Both the position numbers and the translations under genes were made by a program. Below, one piece after another: positions 59,464 to 64,000 of a stretch of 64,000 bases of DNA. Source of the stretch: Candidatus Uhrbacteria bacterium (GTDB lineage: Bacteria; Patescibacteriota; Patescibacteriia; UBA9934; GWF2-40-263); NCBI GenBank assembly GCA_037131775.1, contig JBAXQK010000004.1:11054-75053 (forward strand), read 5' to 3'. Under the pieces are notes generated by a model. That model saw only the letters and a list, made by a program, of their open reading frames with translations, did not search any database and was not told where the DNA came from. Every line of letters begins with the position of its first letter. Within the stretch, counting starts at the first letter, position 1.

Positions 59464-60132
59464 TTAGGATGCTTGGATAATAGCACGATCCTTGAGCCGT
59501 CTCAAGGCGGCCACGGGATCGGAATCGCCGAAGATCGCGGAGGCCGCGCAGCATCGGGTCGCCCCGGCCGCGACAAGGCTTGGCAACCGCTCGAGCGTCA
59601 CGCCCCCGTCTATCTCTATCGCCAAATCGGCCCGATGGTTGCGCGCCGCGCGGATTTTCTGCAAGAGGTAGTCGCCGACGTATGGTTTTCCCGATGCCCC
59701 AGGATGAACTCCCATCACGAGAAGCGCGTCGATGTGGTGCAGGACGCTCTCGATGTCCTTCAGCGGCGTCTCGGGGTTGATCGCGACGCCACCCTCGAGC
59801 TTGAGGAATTCGCGCACGTGTTCCAGCACCGCCCCGACCGGCCGGGAAATCTCCGCGTGGATGATCGCGCGGACGGTGTTCTTCACGTGCTCGTGCCATG
59901 CCTCGACGATCGGCAGCGGGTTCTCGACCATCAGGTGCAGCTCGTACTTCACGTTCGTCCGCATCGCCGCCACGGCCCGCGCGTCGTGCCACGAGGTGTT
60001 TCCGAACATCGACCCATCGAGAACGTCGACGTGCACCGTCTCGCAGTCGTTCTCGACGAGGCGCAGTTTTCGTTCGAACTCGGCCGCGGACTCGACGAGG
60101 AGGGAAGGGATGATCTCAAGTTGGGGGCGCAT
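59464..60132 (-). CDS. rpe: ribulose-phosphate 3-epimerase
   Basis: VHVDVLDGSMFGN, HLMVENP and GG...IEIDGG motifs. The start region overlaps the end of the 4HB gene and an inverted repeat. Confidence 0.8.
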   Translation of the reverse strand: MRPQLEIIPSLLVESAAEFERKLRLVENDCETVHVDVLDGSMFGNTSWHDARAVAAMRTNVKYELHLMVENPLPIVEAWHEHVKNTVRAIIHAEISRPVGAVLEHVREFLKLEGGVAINPETPLKDIESVLHHIDALLVMGVHPGASGKPYVGDYLLQKIRAARNHRADLAIEIDGGVTLERLPSLVAAGATRCCAASAIFGDSDPVAALRRLKDRAIIQAS

Positions 60133-60577
60133 GGGGGTCATAAGGCGCATTGGGCGCATTGGGGTTAGCGGGTGGCGCAGTCGTCGGCTGTTGCTTGCTC
60201 AGTGTGAATTTCCAAAGTAGAAATGCCGCCTTGCTTCGGGTCTCCTCAATCTGGTCGTACTCAGCCTGATTGAAATATCCTAAGTCCCTTGCGAGCTCCA
60301 GTAGGTATTCGGTCTCCGTAAGCGATCCCGCCGCGATGTCTAAGTATCGGAGTAACTCCTTGGGGGAATGTTTGGCATAACCTTCCACCATGTTCGTCGG
60401 GACGGAAACCGCGGCTCTTCGCAACTGACTGGTCAGCGCATACCGTTCGTGGGTGGGAAACGATTCCGTCATCGCATACATTTGTAACGCATATGCGTGC
60501 GCGGCATGCCACGCGACAAGTTGACGGTACGGTTTCTTTGCTCGGTGTTGTACTGGATCCATGGTCATATTCCCCAT
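60116..60577 (-). CDS. four-helix-bundle protein (TIGR02436, 23S-rRNA-IVS protein family)
   Basis: ERYALTSQLRRAAVSVPTNMVEGY...LDIAAGSLTETEYLLELARDLGY. Pro/Asn/Ala-rich C-terminal tail encoded by a repeat. Confidence 0.75.
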   Translation of the reverse strand: MGNMTMDPVQHRAKKPYRQLVAWHAAHAYALQMYAMTESFPTHERYALTSQLRRAAVSVPTNMVEGYAKHSPKELLRYLDIAAGSLTETEYLLELARDLGYFNQAEYDQIEETRSKAAFLLWKFTLSKQQPTTAPPANPNAPNAPYDPHAPPT

Positions 60578-60613
60578 GCGCCCAATGAGCCTTATGCGCC
60601 AAATGCGCCCAAA

Positions 60614-61078
60614 CTATCCCCCAAACTCCTGGCTCTCAATCTCGTCGACCTTCTTGAGGCGTCGGACGTGCCTTTCTTCCCCGGAAAACGGGGTATCGAG
60701 CCAATGCTGGACGATTTCGAGCGCCTCTTTCGTCGAAAGGAAACGGCCCGGGAGGCAGAGCACGTTGGAATCGTCGTCCGTCCGGCTGGTGCGCGCCACC
60801 TCCGCGTTGAACCCCGTCGCCGCACGCACCCCGCGCACCTTGTTTGCCACGATGCAGATTCCCTGCGCGTTCCCGCACATCACGATTCCGCGCGCGTTCC
60901 CGTCCGTCATCACGCGCTTGGCGACGGCATAGCCGAAGTCCGGATAGTCGTCGTTCGCCACCATGTTGTCGTTCCCCATGTCGACGACGGTATACCCGTT
61001 TTCCTTGAGATACGTGGTGACGGCCTCCTTCGTCTCAAATCCCGCGTGGTCCGCTCCAAGATAGATGGTTGGTTTCAT
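60614..61078 (-). CDS. rpiB: ribose-5-phosphate isomerase B
   Basis: ATG at 61076-61078. Motifs IYLGADHAGFETK and GIVMCGNAQG. Confidence 0.85.
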   Translation of the reverse strand: MKPTIYLGADHAGFETKEAVTTYLKENGYTVVDMGNDNMVANDDYPDFGYAVAKRVMTDGNARGIVMCGNAQGICIVANKVRGVRAATGFNAEVARTSRTDDDSNVLCLPGRFLSTKEALEIVQHWLDTPFSGEERHVRRLKKVDEIESQEFGG

Positions 61079-61103
61079 ACGGGTGAGATTATACACGATT
61101 CCC

Positions 61104-61718
61104 TCAGACTTTCTTCAATCTGTCCACCTCGTTCATCAGCGCCTGCAGATGCGACGTGATCTCGCCAAGCATTTTCTGCTGTGTCCCGTCGCGCGTGATC
61201 TCCTCTTCCTCGTCCTCCTGGATCTCGTCGACGTCCTTTTGGATCTCGTCGACGTCTTCCTGAATCTCATCCACGTCCTCCTGAATCTCGTCCACGTCGC
61301 CTTGGATCTCGTCGACGTCGACCTGAATCTCATCGATGTCCTTTTGGATCTCGTCCACGTCCTCCTCGACGTTCTTAAGGCTCTGGGTCTGGCGGTTCAT
61401 GGTCATCTGGATGAACAGAGCCAGATAGATCGCCTCAAGCGACACGGCCGTGGTCAGGATGAGCAGAACGGTATTCCACTCCGCCATGCCGAACGCCCCA
61501 ACCAGTCCGCACGCGATAAACGCAAGCGTATGAATGACAATCGACGCGACGGATCCGGTCCAGGAAGTGATACGTTCCACGAGCGGGGGAGGGGTTTGGG
61601 TTGGGGTCATATGGGAGGGAGTTGATGGGCTAAGGATAGCGGTTTTCGTAGGATTCGTCCATGAAGTGCTATACTTTCCACGTATGTCCAAATACTGCAT
61701 CTTCGGCGACTCCATCAC
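61104..61718 (-). CDS. DUF1003-like membrane protein with 7 tandem DVDEIQx heptad (21-nt) repeats
   Basis: DUF1003-like core ERITSWTGS...AEWNTVLLIL. Repeat block ~61210..61365. N-terminal start uncertain. Confidence 0.55.
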   Translation of the reverse strand: MMESPKMQYLDIRGKYSTSWTNPTKTAILSPSTPSHMTPTQTPPPLVERITSWTGSVASIVIHTLAFIACGLVGAFGMAEWNTVLLILTTAVSLEAIYLALFIQMTMNRQTQSLKNVEEDVDEIQKDIDEIQVDVDEIQGDVDEIQEDVDEIQEDVDEIQKDVDEIQEDEEEEITRDGTQQKMLGEITSHLQALMNEVDRLKKV

Positions 61719-62262
61719 CCGCGGCGCCGGCGATCCGGAGCACGGCGGCTGGGCCGGACGATTCCTCCGTGAGCGCGAGACCGTCTCCGACGACCGCGTC
61801 TACGTCCTCGGGATCAACGGCGACACGAGCACCGGCCTCCTCGCTCGCGTCGAGGTCGAGGTCCGGGCGCGAAAGGCGGACGCGATCGTGATCATGATCG
61901 GGATCAATGACTCCCGGTACTATGGCTCCAAGGACAAGCCCGAGACGACGATCGACGGATATCGCGAGAACCTGGCGAAGATCGTCGGGATCGCGCGGAC
62001 GTTTACGCCGCGGATCACGATGATCAGCATGACGCGCGTCGACGAGACCAAGACGATGCCGATCGAATGGTCGACGGAAAAGTTCTACGACAACGCCACG
62101 ATCGCGAGCTACGAGTCCGTCCTCCGCGAGTTCTGCGCGTCGGAAGGGTTGCCGTTCGTGGACGTCTCGGACGTCCTGACCGTTGACGACCTCGGGGACG
62201 GGATCCATCCGAACGCGGAGGGATATCGCAAATTATTCGAACGAATTCGTGTATCCGTATGA
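61684..62262 (+). CDS. SGNH/GDSL hydrolase
   Basis: ATG at 61684. GDS motif IFGDSIT. Block V DGIHPN. TATACT -10 at 61670..61675. Confidence 0.7.
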   Translation: MSKYCIFGDSITRGAGDPEHGGWAGRFLRERETVSDDRVYVLGINGDTSTGLLARVEVEVRARKADAIVIMIGINDSRYYGSKDKPETTIDGYRENLAKIVGIARTFTPRITMISMTRVDETKTMPIEWSTEKFYDNATIASYESVLREFCASEGLPFVDVSDVLTVDDLGDGIHPNAEGYRKLFERIRVSV

Positions 62263-62846
62263 AGACCATCTATTTCGCCACTTCTAACGCCGCCAAGGTC
62301 GCCAACGCCAATGCCGCGCTCAAGCCGTTCGGGATCAAGGTCAAACAGGCGAAGATCGAGCTCGCCGAGAGCCGGGCCGAGGATCCGGCCGAGATTGCGC
62401 TTGAGAAGGCGAAGCAGGCGTACAAGGCGTTCAAGAAGCCGCTGCTCGTGGAAGATTCGGGGTTCTTCATCAACGCGCTTGGCGGATTTCCCATGACGCA
62501 CATCAAGTTCTCTCTCAAGACGCTCGGCATCGACGGCATCCTCAAGGCGATGCGCGGCGCGAAGGACCGCTCGTGCGAGTGGCGTTTGTCGTTGGCCTAC
62601 GTCTACGCCCCGGGCAAGACCAAGTCGTTCACCTTCGTCGAAAAGGGTGTCATCGCATCGTCTCCGCGCCCGGTGAATCGCGAGACGATGTCGGACTACT
62701 GGCGGCTGTATATCCCGACGATGCTCGACGCGAAGAACAAGAAGGCGCTCTCCGACATGACCGACGCGGAGATGGCGGAGTGGGGCGAATATTTCTACGA
62801 GCACAGCCACTTCCGCCAGCTGGGGAGGTGGCTTGCAAGCAGGTAA
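62259..62846 (+). CDS. non-canonical purine NTP pyrophosphatase (Ham1/RdgB/ITPase family)
   Basis: FATSNAAK and LVEDSGFFINALGGFP motifs. ATGA overlap with the SGNH gene. Confidence 0.7.
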   Translation: MKTIYFATSNAAKVANANAALKPFGIKVKQAKIELAESRAEDPAEIALEKAKQAYKAFKKPLLVEDSGFFINALGGFPMTHIKFSLKTLGIDGILKAMRGAKDRSCEWRLSLAYVYAPGKTKSFTFVEKGVIASSPRPVNRETMSDYWRLYIPTMLDAKNKKALSDMTDAEMAEWGEYFYEHSHFRQLGRWLASR

Positions 62847-62911
62847 TCCCTTTGCTACGATCCTCTCACAAGTTATTCCTTTACCGGCGGCTGATATCCG
62901 CCTAGAAACGT

Positions 62912-64000
62912 ATGCCCGACGAACGGCTTTCGCTTCCCGAGAGGGAAAAGCAGATATTGGAGTATTGGGAGAAGAATTCAATCTTCCAGAAATCCTTGGA
63001 AAAGCCGGCTCCGATGGGCGATTTTGTTTTTTACGAGGGGCCGCCGACGGCGAATGGACGGCCTGGCATCCACCATGTGGAAGCCCGCGCCTTCAAGGAT
63101 CTCATTCCGCGGTACAAGACGATGCGCGGATTCCATGTCGATCGAAAAGGTGGCTGGGATACGCACGGGCTGCCGGTCGAGCTTGAGGTTGAAAAGCAGC
63201 TCGGGTTCACGGGGAAGGCGCAGATCGAGGAGTTCGGGATCCGGGAGTTCAACGCGAAGTGCAAGGAGTCCGTGTGGACGTATCTCACCGAGTGGCAGGA
63301 GTTCACCAAGAGGATCGGCTACTGGGTGGACATCGACAACGCGTATGTGACCTACAAGCCGGAGTACGTCGAATCGCTCTGGGGCGTCATCAAGAAGATC
63401 TGGGACCGCGGCCTGCTGTACCAGGATTACCGCGTGACCCCGCACTGCCCGCGCTGCGGGACGAGCTTGTCGTCGCACGAATTGTCACAGGGATACCAGG
63501 ACGTGAAGGACATTTCGGTGTATGCGAAGTTCAAGGTCGTCGGGAAGGACAACGAGTATCTCGTCGCGTGGACGACGACGCCGTGGACGCTGCCGTCGAA
63601 CGTGGCGCTGGCGGTCGGTGAGAAGATTCGGTATGTGAAGGTGAAAGTCGCCGAGGAGTTCGTGTGGTGCGCGAAGGACCGATTGTCCATCGTCGCTCCC
63701 GAGGCTGAGATCGTCGAGGAGGTCGACGGCTCCGCGCTGGTCGGCATGGAATACGAGCCCTTGTATCCGTATGTTCGCGACGCGATCAAGGGGACCGAGC
63801 AGGACAAGAAGGGGTGGTTCGTCGCGGCCGCCGACTTCGTGACGACGACGGACGGATCCGGGATCGTGCACACGGCGGTCATGTATGGCGCCGACGACTT
63901 CGAGCTCGGGAACAAGATCGGTCTGCCGAAGTACCACCTCGTGAAGCTCGACGGGACGTTTTTGCCGAACGCGGACTTCCTCGCCGGCCGTCTCGTTACC
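62912..64000 (+). CDS. ileS: isoleucyl-tRNA synthetase (3' partial, runs off the window end)
   Basis: Read manually from ATG 62912. Motifs FYEGPPTANGRPGIHH (HIGH region), GWDTHGLPVE, WTTTPWTLPSN and a CPRCG zinc knuckle. Not in the ORF track because no stop occurs before the window end. Confidence 0.8.
   Translation, partial: MPDERLSLPEREKQILEYWEKNSIFQKSLEKPAPMGDFVFYEGPPTANGRPGIHHVEARAFKDLIPRYKTMRGFHVDRKGGWDTHGLPVELEVEKQLGFTGKAQIEEFGIREFNAKCKESVWTYLTEWQEFTKRIGYWVDIDNAYVTYKPEYVESLWGVIKKIWDRGLLYQDYRVTPHCPRCGTSLSSHELSQGYQDVKDISVYAKFKVVGKDNEYLVAWTTTPWTLPSNVALAVGEKIRYVKVKVAEEFVWCAKDRLSIVAPEAEIVEEVDGSALVGMEYEPLYPYVRDAIKGTEQDKKGWFVAAADFVTTTDGSGIVHTAVMYGADDFELGNKIGLPKYHLVKLDGTFLPNADFLAGRLVT

Overview
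This is a high-GC (~62%) bacterial chromosomal window with a mix of core and accessory genes. The gene content (lamin-tail-domain surface protein, DUF4349, four-helix-bundle protein, GCS2 ligase, a 23S-5S rRNA operon with no 16S, many small monocistronic genes) is consistent with a Patescibacteria/CPR-like organism, but that assignment is an inference.

Core content:
- cell-wall genes: SpoIID domain protein, D-Ala-D-Ala carboxypeptidase, LCP protein, L,D-transpeptidase, SLT transglycosylase
- ruvB, lysC, pyrF, rlmH, and a bacterial endonuclease Q homolog
- a pentose-phosphate/glycolysis cluster: split transketolase, rpe, rpiB, class II fba, two pfkB kinases, a 2-hydroxyacid dehydrogenase
- a partial ileS
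- a 23S-5S rRNA operon driven by a textbook sigma70 promoter
- five tRNAs: Asn, Leu-TAA, Gly, Leu-TAG, Ala

Accessory or unusual content:
1. A ~5.6 kb run of seven co-oriented genes, the six from HNH-1 onward (13.7-18.6 kb) each preceded by an ATTGACAT-type -35 box and ending in its own intrinsic terminator. It contains two paralogous HNH nucleases that share a C-terminal nuclease + terminator + promoter module.
2. A 27-nt palindromic mini-element inserted in-frame in both rlmH and endoQ.
3. tRNA-Asn plus a 40-nt copy of its 3' part bounding a ~4.1 kb islet. The islet holds a RhuM/Doc-family protein, vWA-like and PRTase-like gene fragments, and the LCP gene.
4. An AbiEii-like nucleotidyltransferase with a small upstream partner, next to a solo McrA-like HNH gene.
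5. A ~500 bp MITE-like structured element between fba and a pfkB kinase.
6. A four-helix-bundle gene flanked by inverted GGGCGCAT-rich repeats, inserted between rpiB and rpe.
7. A DUF4349 gene wedged between the two transketolase halves.
8. Tandem cupredoxin paralogs, and two proteins with 21-nt tandem repeats.

No CRISPR array, integrase or transposase was found.
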